64,000 nucleotides of DNA from Syntrophales bacterium (GTDB lineage: Bacteria > Desulfobacterota > Syntrophia > Syntrophales > UBA6807). Shown here piece by piece: positions 32,458-40,478 of the stretch. A program made the translations under genes and the position numbers. The notes under the pieces were generated by a model that was not told the DNA's origin, did no database searches, and was given only the letters and a program-made list of their open reading frames with translations. Every line of letters starts with the position of its first letter. Position 1 is the first letter of the stretch. The stretch spans positions 961,759-1,025,758 of the forward strand of contig JAXGPA010000001.1 in the NCBI GenBank assembly GCA_040767195.1, given 5' to 3'.

Positions 32458-32599
32458 TTCGCCGATTTACCCTTTCCAATGAAACCGTCAGATATCCGAA
32501 AGAAGTTCCTTGAATTCGCCGTTTTTAAAGAAGCCTTGTTTTTCATCCTTATTATTATTAAACTTGTCCAATTCGTGCAAGAGGACGGGATAAAAATCC

Positions 32600-34501
32600 A
32601 TGAACACCTATGACGTCATCGTCGTGGGGGCGGGACACGGGGGGTGCGAGGCCGCACTGGCCGCCGCCCGCATGGGGTGCCGGACCCTTCTTTTCAACAT
32701 CAACCTGGACAGCATCGCCCTCATGTCCTGCAATCCCGCCATCGGCGGACTGGCGAAAGGGCAGCTTGTCAAGGAAGTGGACGCCCTGGGCGGGGAAATG
32801 GGAAAGATCGCCGACCGGACGGCCGTTCATTTTCGCGTGCTCAACCGGTCCAAGGGACCCGCTGTCCAGTCTTCCCGGGTGCAGTGCGACAAGCAGCTCT
32901 ACCGGCTCGCCATGAAGGCGGTGGTGGAAAAGCAGGAAAATCTTCACGTGCGCCAGGCCCTGGTGGAAAAGATCGTCGTCGAAGGGGGCCGGGTCGCCGG
33001 GGTTATCGACACCACGGATTATTTCTACGCCGGGAAGGCGGTGGTGGTGACAACGGGAACCTTCCTGAACGGTCTCGTCCACGTGGGGGTTTCCCGCCAG
33101 CCTGCCGGAAGGGCGGGGGAAATCGCGTCGGTCACCCTGGCCCGGTGCCTCCGGGACCTGGGGTTCGAGATGGGACGCATGAAAACGGGAACCCCGCCCC
33201 GGCTGAAAGCGTCCACCATCGATTTTTCGGCCCTCGTGAGGCAGGACAGCGATCCCGAATTCGAACCCTTTTCCTATCGGACGGAAACCCTGCGTCCCGA
33301 GAGGCTCCCTTCCTATTTCGGCCACACCACGGCGGAGACCCACCGGATCATCCGGGAGAACATCGAATTCTCTCCTCTTTACTCGGGGGTGATCCGGGGG
33401 GTCTCCGCCCGGTACTGTCCTTCCCTGGAGGACAAGGTCATGCGCTTCGCCGGCAAGGAAACCCATCCCGTGGTCCTCGAGTTCGAGGGGCTCGACACGG
33501 AAGAGATCTACGCCAAGGGGCTGGGCAACTGCCTGCCCCTGGAAATCCAGGCGCGTCTCGTTCATTCCGTCCGGGGACTGGAGGAAGCGGAAATCATGCG
33601 AAGCGCCTACGCCATCGAGTACGACTTCGTCCAGCCGAGCCAGCTCCGGAAGACCCTGGAAACGAAAAGCGTCGGCGGGCTCTTCCTGGCGGGGCAGATC
33701 AACGGCACCTCGGGGTACGAGGAAGCGGCCGGCCAGGGGCTCTGGGCGGGGATCAACGCCGCCCTGATGGTGCAGAAAAGGGAGCCCTTCGTCCTGGACC
33801 GCTCCGAGGCCTACATGGGGGTCATGGTGGACGACCTGATCACCCGCGGCGTGGACGAACCCTACCGGATGTTCACCTCCCGGGCGGAATACCGGCTTCT
33901 TCTCCGGGAAGACAACGCGGCCATCCGCCTCATGGGAAAGGGCTGTGAACTCGGCCTCGTTCCCCGGGAGGATTACCGGAACCTCCATGAAAGAATCAAG
34001 GAGATCAACAGCCGGATCGATAAACTCTCACGATCGCGGGTCTTTCCGGGGGCCGCGGTGAACGATGTCCTGTCCCGGGCCGGATCAGCCCCGGTGAAAC
34101 AGCCGACGACGTTCTACCAGCTTCTGAAACGGCCCGGTCTTTCCTACGAGGCCCTGAAGAACCTGGAAGGCTACGAACCCATCGGGGATCCTTTCGTGAA
34201 AAGACAGGTGGAAATCGAAGCCAAGTATGAAGGGTACATCCTTCGACAGAGGGAGATGGTCGAAAAGTTCAGGCAGATGGAAGGGCGGAAACTGCCCCGG
34301 GGGATCGACTACGCCGTTATCCCCGGTCTTTCCAATGAAATGCGGAAAAAACTTTCGGCGGTGCAGCCCGAATCGGTGGGCCAGGCCCTGCGAATCCCCG
34401 GGGTGACCCAGGCGGCCCTGACGGCCCTCCTGGTCTATCTGAAAAAGAAAGAGATTCAGCAGAAAGAAGGGACGGGAAAACGGGATGAATGGACAGGGTG
34501 A
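32600..34501 (+). CDS. mnmG: tRNA U34 5-carboxymethylaminomethyl modification enzyme MnmG/GidA
   Basis: GAGHGGCEAA, MSCNPAIGG, KTGTPPR, RYCPSLEDK, AGQINGTSGYEEAA, EPYRMFTSRAEYRL. Confidence 0.98.
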   Translation: MNTYDVIVVGAGHGGCEAALAAARMGCRTLLFNINLDSIALMSCNPAIGGLAKGQLVKEVDALGGEMGKIADRTAVHFRVLNRSKGPAVQSSRVQCDKQLYRLAMKAVVEKQENLHVRQALVEKIVVEGGRVAGVIDTTDYFYAGKAVVVTTGTFLNGLVHVGVSRQPAGRAGEIASVTLARCLRDLGFEMGRMKTGTPPRLKASTIDFSALVRQDSDPEFEPFSYRTETLRPERLPSYFGHTTAETHRIIRENIEFSPLYSGVIRGVSARYCPSLEDKVMRFAGKETHPVVLEFEGLDTEEIYAKGLGNCLPLEIQARLVHSVRGLEEAEIMRSAYAIEYDFVQPSQLRKTLETKSVGGLFLAGQINGTSGYEEAAGQGLWAGINAALMVQKREPFVLDRSEAYMGVMVDDLITRGVDEPYRMFTSRAEYRLLLREDNAAIRLMGKGCELGLVPREDYRNLHERIKEINSRIDKLSRSRVFPGAAVNDVLSRAGSAPVKQPTTFYQLLKRPGLSYEALKNLEGYEPIGDPFVKRQVEIEAKYEGYILRQREMVEKFRQMEGRKLPRGIDYAVIPGLSNEMRKKLSAVQPESVGQALRIPGVTQAALTALLVYLKKKEIQQKEGTGKRDEWTG

Positions 34502-35819
34502 GACACAAAAGAAGAAAAAGGCCCTGGCGCCTTCTCGGACCCTTCCGCCGAAAATCCGGGAACTGTTGAAACGGGGCGTTTCCATGCCCCTCCCCGCCGC
34601 CGTGGAGGTGGGTGACGAGGTTTCGATCGACCGTATTGCCTCCCGGGGCGTTGTATTCCATGGGGGAACGCGGATTTTTGGGGAAAAGACAGTGGTTTGC
34701 GCCGGCGCCGTCCTGGGCCGCGAGGGGCCGGTGACGGTGGAAAACGCCTGGATCGGCCCTGCTGTGGATCTTCGGGGCGGATACTTTCGGGAATCGGTCT
34801 TCCTGGACCACGTCTCTTTAGGCGGCGGGGCCCAGGTCCGGGAGGGGTGCCTTCTCGAGGAAGAAAGCCGGGGGGGGCACACGGTGGGTCTGAAACAGAC
34901 CATTCTCTTCCCCTTTGTGACCCTCGGCAGCCTGATCAACTTCTGCGACTGCCTCATGGCCGGAGGGTCCCATGGCCGGGATCACAGCGAGGTGGGGAGC
35001 TCTTACATACATTTCAACTTTACGCCCAACCAGGACAAGGCCACCCCTTCTCTCGTGGGCGATGTTCCCCGGGGGGTCATGCTGAACCAGCCATCGATTT
35101 TTTTAGGCGGTCAGGGGGGGCTCGTCGGGCCTCTGCGGATCGGATACGGCACGGTCATCGCCGCCGGGGTGGTCTGCCGGACCGATTGTCCCGAGGGCGG
35201 CATCATCCTGAAGGACGCACGGACGGCCCGGAAAACGGTGACGTTCCACGAGGGATTCTACGGCGACGTCCGCAGGCGGGTTCTCAACAATCTCTTTTAT
35301 ATAGCCAACCTCATCGCCCTCCAGGAATGGTACCGGCATTTCCGCAAGCCTTTTTTCCAAGGGGATCTTTTCGGGGAGGCCCTTTACGGGGGGGTCCGAA
35401 CCGTTCTGGCCCAGGCCCTGGAGGAGAGAGTCCGCCGCCTGGGCGAACTGGCCGGGAAAATGGAGCGATCCAGAACCGTGGGGAAAAGGATCGGGAGCGG
35501 GAAAAAAGATAACGCCCTTTTGCTTCGCCAGAAAGAGGAATTTCAGCGGGCCTGGCCGGAGATCCGGGACCGGCTGGAGGAAGCCGCCGGGAAAGAGGGA
35601 AAGAGCCGGGAACGGCAGGCCTTTCTGGAAGCCTTCGAGGAAGAGGCGGCCGGCAAGTCGCGGCATTATCTCGATGCCGTCAGGGGTCTCGACAGGAAAA
35701 CGGCCCGCCTCGGGACCCTCTGGCTCCAGGCCCTGGTGGCGGGGATTGTCCGTGACGCCGTTTACCTCATGCCTTCCTTCAAGGTGGAAGCGGACATGCT
35801 CTCACCGGGGTCGGTATGA
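34485..35819 (+). CDS. GlmU-C-terminus-like left-handed beta-helix protein, function unknown
   Basis: LLKRGV..P...V.V, hexapeptide-like region, HTVGLKQTILFPFVTLGSLINFCDC, FLGGQGGLVGP.RIG.G.VIAAG; no nucleotidyltransferase LAAG motif. Confidence 0.7.
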   Translation: MNGQGETQKKKKALAPSRTLPPKIRELLKRGVSMPLPAAVEVGDEVSIDRIASRGVVFHGGTRIFGEKTVVCAGAVLGREGPVTVENAWIGPAVDLRGGYFRESVFLDHVSLGGGAQVREGCLLEEESRGGHTVGLKQTILFPFVTLGSLINFCDCLMAGGSHGRDHSEVGSSYIHFNFTPNQDKATPSLVGDVPRGVMLNQPSIFLGGQGGLVGPLRIGYGTVIAAGVVCRTDCPEGGIILKDARTARKTVTFHEGFYGDVRRRVLNNLFYIANLIALQEWYRHFRKPFFQGDLFGEALYGGVRTVLAQALEERVRRLGELAGKMERSRTVGKRIGSGKKDNALLLRQKEEFQRAWPEIRDRLEEAAGKEGKSRERQAFLEAFEEEAAGKSRHYLDAVRGLDRKTARLGTLWLQALVAGIVRDAVYLMPSFKVEADMLSPGSV

Positions 35820-35853
35820 GTCGAAACGAAAAAACAGAGGAAGGATAAGACCT

Positions 35854-36639
35854 GTGGAAAATCGCATAAAAGGGAAATGGGTGTTCATTACCGGCGCCAG
35901 TTCGGGCATCGGTGAGAGTTGCGCCAGGAAGTGCGCCGCCATGGGGGCGAATATCATCGTCGGGGCCAGGCGGATGGAGCGTCTCCTGGCTCTCAAGGAA
36001 CAACTCTCGTCGGAGTTCGGTGTTACCGTTTTCTGCAGGCACCTTGATGTCCGGGACCGGGATGACGTGTTCCGGTTTGTGGAAGACCTGCAGGGACAAG
36101 ACATCTTCCCGGACATCCTGATCAACAATGCCGGCCTGGCTGCGGGCCTGGAAAAGCTTCACCAGGGGAATTTCGACGACTGGGACCGGATGATGGACAC
36201 CAACGTCAAGGGGCTTCTCAATGTCTCCCGGGCGGTGCTCCCTCTCATGGTGGCGCGAAACCGCGGTCACGTGGTCAATGTGGGAAGCATCGCCGGTTAC
36301 CAGGTCTATCCGGGGGGAAACGTTTACAACGCCTCCAAGTTCGCTGTCCGGGCCCTTTCGGAAGGGATGAACGTGGATCTTCTGGGAACGGAGATCCGGG
36401 TGTCCGCGGTGAATCCCGGGGCCGTCCGGACGGAATTTTCCGATGTCCGGTTCCATGGCGACCAGGAGAAGGCGGACCGGGTATACGAGGGATATGCGCC
36501 CCTTTCCGGGGACGATGTGGCCGAGTGCATCCTCTTCATCATCAACGCGCCGGACCACGTGAACGTCCAGAACCTTACCGTGACGCCCACGGCCCAGAGA
36601 AATGTCTACTCCGTCTCCCGCAGGGAGAAGAAGGCGTGA
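35854..36639 (+). CDS. SDR oxidoreductase (YdfG-like, NADP-dependent)
   Basis: ITGASSGIG, INNAGLA, GSIAG..YPGGNVYNASK, TEFSDVRF. Confidence 0.92.
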   Translation: MENRIKGKWVFITGASSGIGESCARKCAAMGANIIVGARRMERLLALKEQLSSEFGVTVFCRHLDVRDRDDVFRFVEDLQGQDIFPDILINNAGLAAGLEKLHQGNFDDWDRMMDTNVKGLLNVSRAVLPLMVARNRGHVVNVGSIAGYQVYPGGNVYNASKFAVRALSEGMNVDLLGTEIRVSAVNPGAVRTEFSDVRFHGDQEKADRVYEGYAPLSGDDVAECILFIINAPDHVNVQNLTVTPTAQRNVYSVSRREKKA

Positions 36640-36648
36640 GGGTCCGGT

Positions 36649-36867
36649 CTACGGTTTTTCGATCCCGTCGCCCGTCCGGGTTTTGCGGTACCGGCTCGAT
36701 GCGTACCGGACCGCTTTCCCGATGACAACGAGGCCGAAGAAAAGACCGATGGCGATGGCGAGCGGGACGGCGACGAGAAGACTGACCTGAAAGGCGAACC
36801 AGAGGAAGGGGATGAGAAGGAGAATAACGAGGACCGTGAGGGCCCCGGTGAGAAAATCGAAAAACAT
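36649..36867 (-). CDS. Small hypothetical membrane protein (72 aa)
   Basis: AAGGAG SD, ATG start, two hydrophobic helices and a basic tail. Confidence 0.65.
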   Translation of the reverse strand: MFFDFLTGALTVLVILLLIPFLWFAFQVSLLVAVPLAIAIGLFFGLVVIGKAVRYASSRYRKTRTGDGIEKP

Positions 36868-37025
36868 GGCACGCTCCTTGTCATGGGGGTCGTGAAACAA
36901 CACCTATAATTCTATCATAAAGAAAGAGGCTGTAAAATGCCCGAAAAGAGATTTTTTCCTGCAGAAAGCCCCTGAACAGGTCCGGGCGGCAGACGGAGAA
37001 ATCATCTCTTTCGACGGGAGGGTTC

Positions 37026-37448
37026 ATGAAATCGTGGCTTTTCTGTGCCCTGGGCGCCATGGGGTTGTGGGGCCTGTGGGGGGTTCTGGGTAAAGCGGCT
37101 TCCCGGGGCCTTCCTCCCCGCCTGCTTTTATGGAGCGCTTCCCTGGGATGCCTGGCGGCTTTTCTCCTCGGGTATTTCCTCATCGGGCGCGGCGTTTCCG
37201 TGTCCCTGAAAGAGCCCCATGCGCTCACGGGCTTCCTGAGCGGCCTCTTTCTCATCGGCGGCCTTTTTCTTTTCTATCTTGCCCTTGAGAACGGCGAGGC
37301 GACCCGGGTCGTGTTCGTGACGGCGGCATACCCCGCGGTGACCGTTCTGCTCGCTGTCTTGTTCCTGGGGGAAACACTGACGGCGGCCAAAATCGCCGGG
37401 TCTCTCCTGGTCCTTGCCGGGGTTTTCCTCCTCGGCCTCGGTTCATGA
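37026..37448 (+). CDS. Single-repeat EamA family membrane protein
   Basis: WGLWGVLGK, FYLAL..GEATRV...AAYPAVTVLLAVLFLGE.LT. Confidence 0.88.
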   Translation: MKSWLFCALGAMGLWGLWGVLGKAASRGLPPRLLLWSASLGCLAAFLLGYFLIGRGVSVSLKEPHALTGFLSGLFLIGGLFLFYLALENGEATRVVFVTAAYPAVTVLLAVLFLGETLTAAKIAGSLLVLAGVFLLGLGS

Positions 37449-37576
37449 TAGGATCGGGGATCGGGGTCGGACCAAGTCAACTAGTTGAAAATAAACATTA
37501 ATAGATTATTTTTAGGGCATTTTCAGGCCTTAAAAGGTCCTTTTTGGCCCCCAAAAAGGGTGTCTTGACAAAAACG

Positions 37577-37614
37577 AAAAAAATCCGCGAGAGGCCTGTT
37601 CCCACGGATTTTTT
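37577..37614 (-). terminator. Intrinsic terminator of the GT9 gene
   Basis: Minus-strand hairpin UCCGUGGGA...UCUCGCGGA (with G-U pairs) followed by a U-tract immediately after the stop. Confidence 0.65.
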
Positions 37615-37617
37615 ACA

Positions 37618-38532
37618 TCAGGAAACGATTCTCTTCAGGACATTGTAAACGTTGTCCACGGTTAATTCTCCCTTCCTGTCCTGAAGCACACGGACGTGAC
37701 GTCCCCGGGGAGCCCATATTCGGGGATCCGTCGCCGTAAAGAGAACCAGGGCAGGGATGCCGAGCACCGCCGCCATGTGAGAAATCCCCGAGTCGTTTCC
37801 CACGTAAGCCCTCCCTTTTTTTAAAATCGCCGCCACTGTCGAAAGGGAATGATTCATGAGAACCCTTTTTTCCATCTCCGGCGTTCGAAAGGATGGCTCT
37901 TCCAGGATCCATCGGTCCGCTTTCCCGATGAGAAACCGGCAGGGCCGGCGAAGGAGGTGCTCCGTCATTTCCGCCAGCCGCGCGAAGTTTTCAGAGGACC
38001 AGCATTTCAGCCGGGATCCGCTTCCCGGGTGCAGGATTACCGGTTCGGCGGGCATATTCGGAAAGGGTTCCGTGAGAGGGGGCGCTTCGAGAGGGGGGAT
38101 ATTCGCCGCAAGGGGGATGCCCAGGGGTTTCAGGGTGTTAAGGAAGAAATCGGAGGCGTGAACGGTCAGGGCGGATGGCCGAAAAGGGCGAAAGAGAAGG
38201 GTGCCGCGAAGGAAAGAAAGAAGATTTTTTTCAAAGACCCGGTCCCCATGCCAGCTGATGACGAGACGGAACTTTCCCAGAAGAGCTTCCAGGGTCGGGG
38301 GAATCGGGCCGCCGGGCACGAAGAGCCGTTCCAGGGACATCCACTCCAGGGGAAGAATTTTTTCAAAAGGGGCGGGGCATACCCATCTCCAGCGTTCGGG
38401 GTGGCCGATCAGGGTGATCGCGGCCCCCGGAAAGGCGTCCCGAACGGAATGAATGGCGGGAAGGCTCAAAATGCCGTCCCCCAAGGCTCCTCCGTGAATG
38501 AAGAGAATCTTTTCACGTTCCAGGTGTTCCAT
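37618..38532 (-). CDS. Glycosyltransferase family 9 (heptosyltransferase-like)
   Basis: GALGDGILSLP, HPGSGS..KCW, YVGNDSGISHMAA.LG.P...LF, WAP. Confidence 0.9.
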   Translation of the reverse strand: MEHLEREKILFIHGGALGDGILSLPAIHSVRDAFPGAAITLIGHPERWRWVCPAPFEKILPLEWMSLERLFVPGGPIPPTLEALLGKFRLVISWHGDRVFEKNLLSFLRGTLLFRPFRPSALTVHASDFFLNTLKPLGIPLAANIPPLEAPPLTEPFPNMPAEPVILHPGSGSRLKCWSSENFARLAEMTEHLLRRPCRFLIGKADRWILEEPSFRTPEMEKRVLMNHSLSTVAAILKKGRAYVGNDSGISHMAAVLGIPALVLFTATDPRIWAPRGRHVRVLQDRKGELTVDNVYNVLKRIVS

Positions 38533-38695
38533 GGTTCCCGCGTCGATTTTTCCCCGTCACATACAGGAGATCGTGAAGAAAAAAAACACATTTTCCCCGG
38601 AGTGGACCGTTCCGGAAAAACCTGGCGCAAGTAATCCTTGATTTTTAAACAGTCTCCGATTACATCCTGCAAGGAACCACAACAAGGAGGGTCTT

Positions 38696-39028
38696 ATGAA
38701 GATCACGAAGCGCAAGGAAGAGAAAGCCATGGTAATCGCCGTCGACGGCCGGCTCGACGCCGTGAGCGCCCCCGATTTCGACAAGGAACTGGATACGCTC
38801 ATCGAGGCGGGGGAAAAGATCCTCGTGCTGGATTTTCAAAACCTCGAATATATCAGCAGTGCAGGCCTCCGCAGCATCCTGGCGGTGACGAAACGGCTCA
38901 AAGGGTTGGAAGGCCGTATCGTCCTGTCTTCCCTGAAAGACATCGTCGGGGAAGTTTTTGAAATTTCCGGGTTCAACAAGATCATCCCCATCTATGGCTC
39001 TCCGGAAGAGGCCCTTTTGGAACTGTAA
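38696..39028 (+). CDS. STAS domain anti-sigma factor antagonist
   Basis: GRLDA..A, LDFQNLEYISSAGLR (phospho-Ser motif), VFEISG; AAGGAGG SD. Confidence 0.93.
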   Translation: MKITKRKEEKAMVIAVDGRLDAVSAPDFDKELDTLIEAGEKILVLDFQNLEYISSAGLRSILAVTKRLKGLEGRIVLSSLKDIVGEVFEISGFNKIIPIYGSPEEALLEL

Positions 39029-39080
39029 GGCCCTTGGAGATGCCTTCAGGTTTCATGGTGACGGAATCGAGGAAACGTTC

Positions 39081-39479
39081 ATGGGGACGGTGATCCTGCC
39101 GGCCAGTCTGGAGCATTTGAAAGAGGCCCTTGCCTTTCTTGAGACAAAGGCCCGCGCGGCCGGCCTGGATGAAAAAAGGGCCCTCGAAATGAGCCTCGCC
39201 CTGGAAGAAGTCCTGGTGAATATCTTCACCTATGCCTATCCCCGTGAACGGGGCGTCGTTGAGATCCGGTGTTCTTCGGGAGAACCGGGCCGGCTGGCCG
39301 TCGAGGTCCGGGACCAGGGCGTCCCGTTCAACTGCCTGTCATGGCGGGAACCAGACCTGGAAAGGGGGATCGAAGACAGGCCCATCGGAGGGCTGGGAAT
39401 ATTTCTTTTCAGGCGCCTCGCCTCCCGAGTGGAATACCGGCGGGAGGCGGACACCAATATCCTCTCCCTTCTTTTTTGA
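39081..39479 (+). CDS. RsbW-like anti-sigma factor/Ser kinase (HATPase_c_2)
   Basis: LALEEVLVNIFTYAY, RDQGVPFN, RPIGGLGIFL. Confidence 0.9.
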   Translation: MGTVILPASLEHLKEALAFLETKARAAGLDEKRALEMSLALEEVLVNIFTYAYPRERGVVEIRCSSGEPGRLAVEVRDQGVPFNCLSWREPDLERGIEDRPIGGLGIFLFRRLASRVEYRREADTNILSLLF

Positions 39480-39482
39480 GCC

Positions 39483-40478
39483 ATGGCCGTTTGGACCCGC
39501 CTATTCACGGTACTTTTGCTCTTGCTGTCCTGCCTCGATCCTGCGACGATGGCCCGGGCCGAAGACGGGCCTCTGAAACGAGCCCGGTTTCTGCCCCAAT
39601 GGTCTCCCCAGGCCCAGTTCGCCGGGTATTACGTGGCCTTTCACAAGGGTATCTACAAACAGCACGGTATCGATCTCTACATTCTAAACGGCGGACCCGG
39701 TCACTCCCCCTGGGAATATCTGGAAAAGGGGAAAACCGACTTTGCCACCCTGTGGCTTGCCACGGGCATCCAGATGCGGGCCCAGGGCGTTCCGGTCGTC
39801 AATATGGCGCAGATCCTCCAGCGGTCCGCCCTCATGCTCGTGGCGAAAAAGGCCCGGGGCATCGAGACGGTGGCGGACATCGACGGCCGCAAGGTCGGAC
39901 TCTGGGGATCCGTCTTCCGGGTTCAGCCCCTGGCCTTTTTCCGAAAATTCAATCTTCAGGTCACGGTGGTTCCCCAGTCCCGGTCGTTAGACCTGTTTCT
40001 CCGGGACGGCGTCGCCGTGGCGTCCGCCATGTGGTACAACGAATATCACACGATTCTCAGCAGCGGCATCGACGCCGATGAACTGACAACGTTCTTTTTC
40101 CATGATTACGGCCTCAATTATCCGGAGGACGGTCTCTATGCCCTCGAGGCGACTTGGCGGGAAGACCCCACCCTGTGCCGGGCCTTTATCCAGGCTTCCC
40201 TGGAAGGGTGGCGGCATGCTTTTGACCATCCCGAAGAGGCTGTTGACATCGTCATGACGGAAATGGAAAGGGCCCACATTCCGGCGACCCGTGTTCACCA
40301 GCGCTGGATGCTTGACCGCATGAAAGACCTCATGATCCCCGCTGATGACCCGGACAGGGCGCCCGGGCTTCTTATTCCCGCCGATTACGAGCGGGTGGCC
40401 CAGGGTCTTCAGGCCCTGGATCTCATCGACGGTGTTCCCGATTTTTCCTCCTTTTACCGGGCGTGCCCCCATGATTAA
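39483..40478 (+). CDS. NMT1/THI5-like substrate-binding protein
   Basis: Signal peptide; QWSPQAQFAGYYVA..KGIY...GID, MWYNE, F..ASLEGW..A. Confidence 0.85.
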   Translation: MAVWTRLFTVLLLLLSCLDPATMARAEDGPLKRARFLPQWSPQAQFAGYYVAFHKGIYKQHGIDLYILNGGPGHSPWEYLEKGKTDFATLWLATGIQMRAQGVPVVNMAQILQRSALMLVAKKARGIETVADIDGRKVGLWGSVFRVQPLAFFRKFNLQVTVVPQSRSLDLFLRDGVAVASAMWYNEYHTILSSGIDADELTTFFFHDYGLNYPEDGLYALEATWREDPTLCRAFIQASLEGWRHAFDHPEEAVDIVMTEMERAHIPATRVHQRWMLDRMKDLMIPADDPDRAPGLLIPADYERVAQGLQALDLIDGVPDFSSFYRACPHD

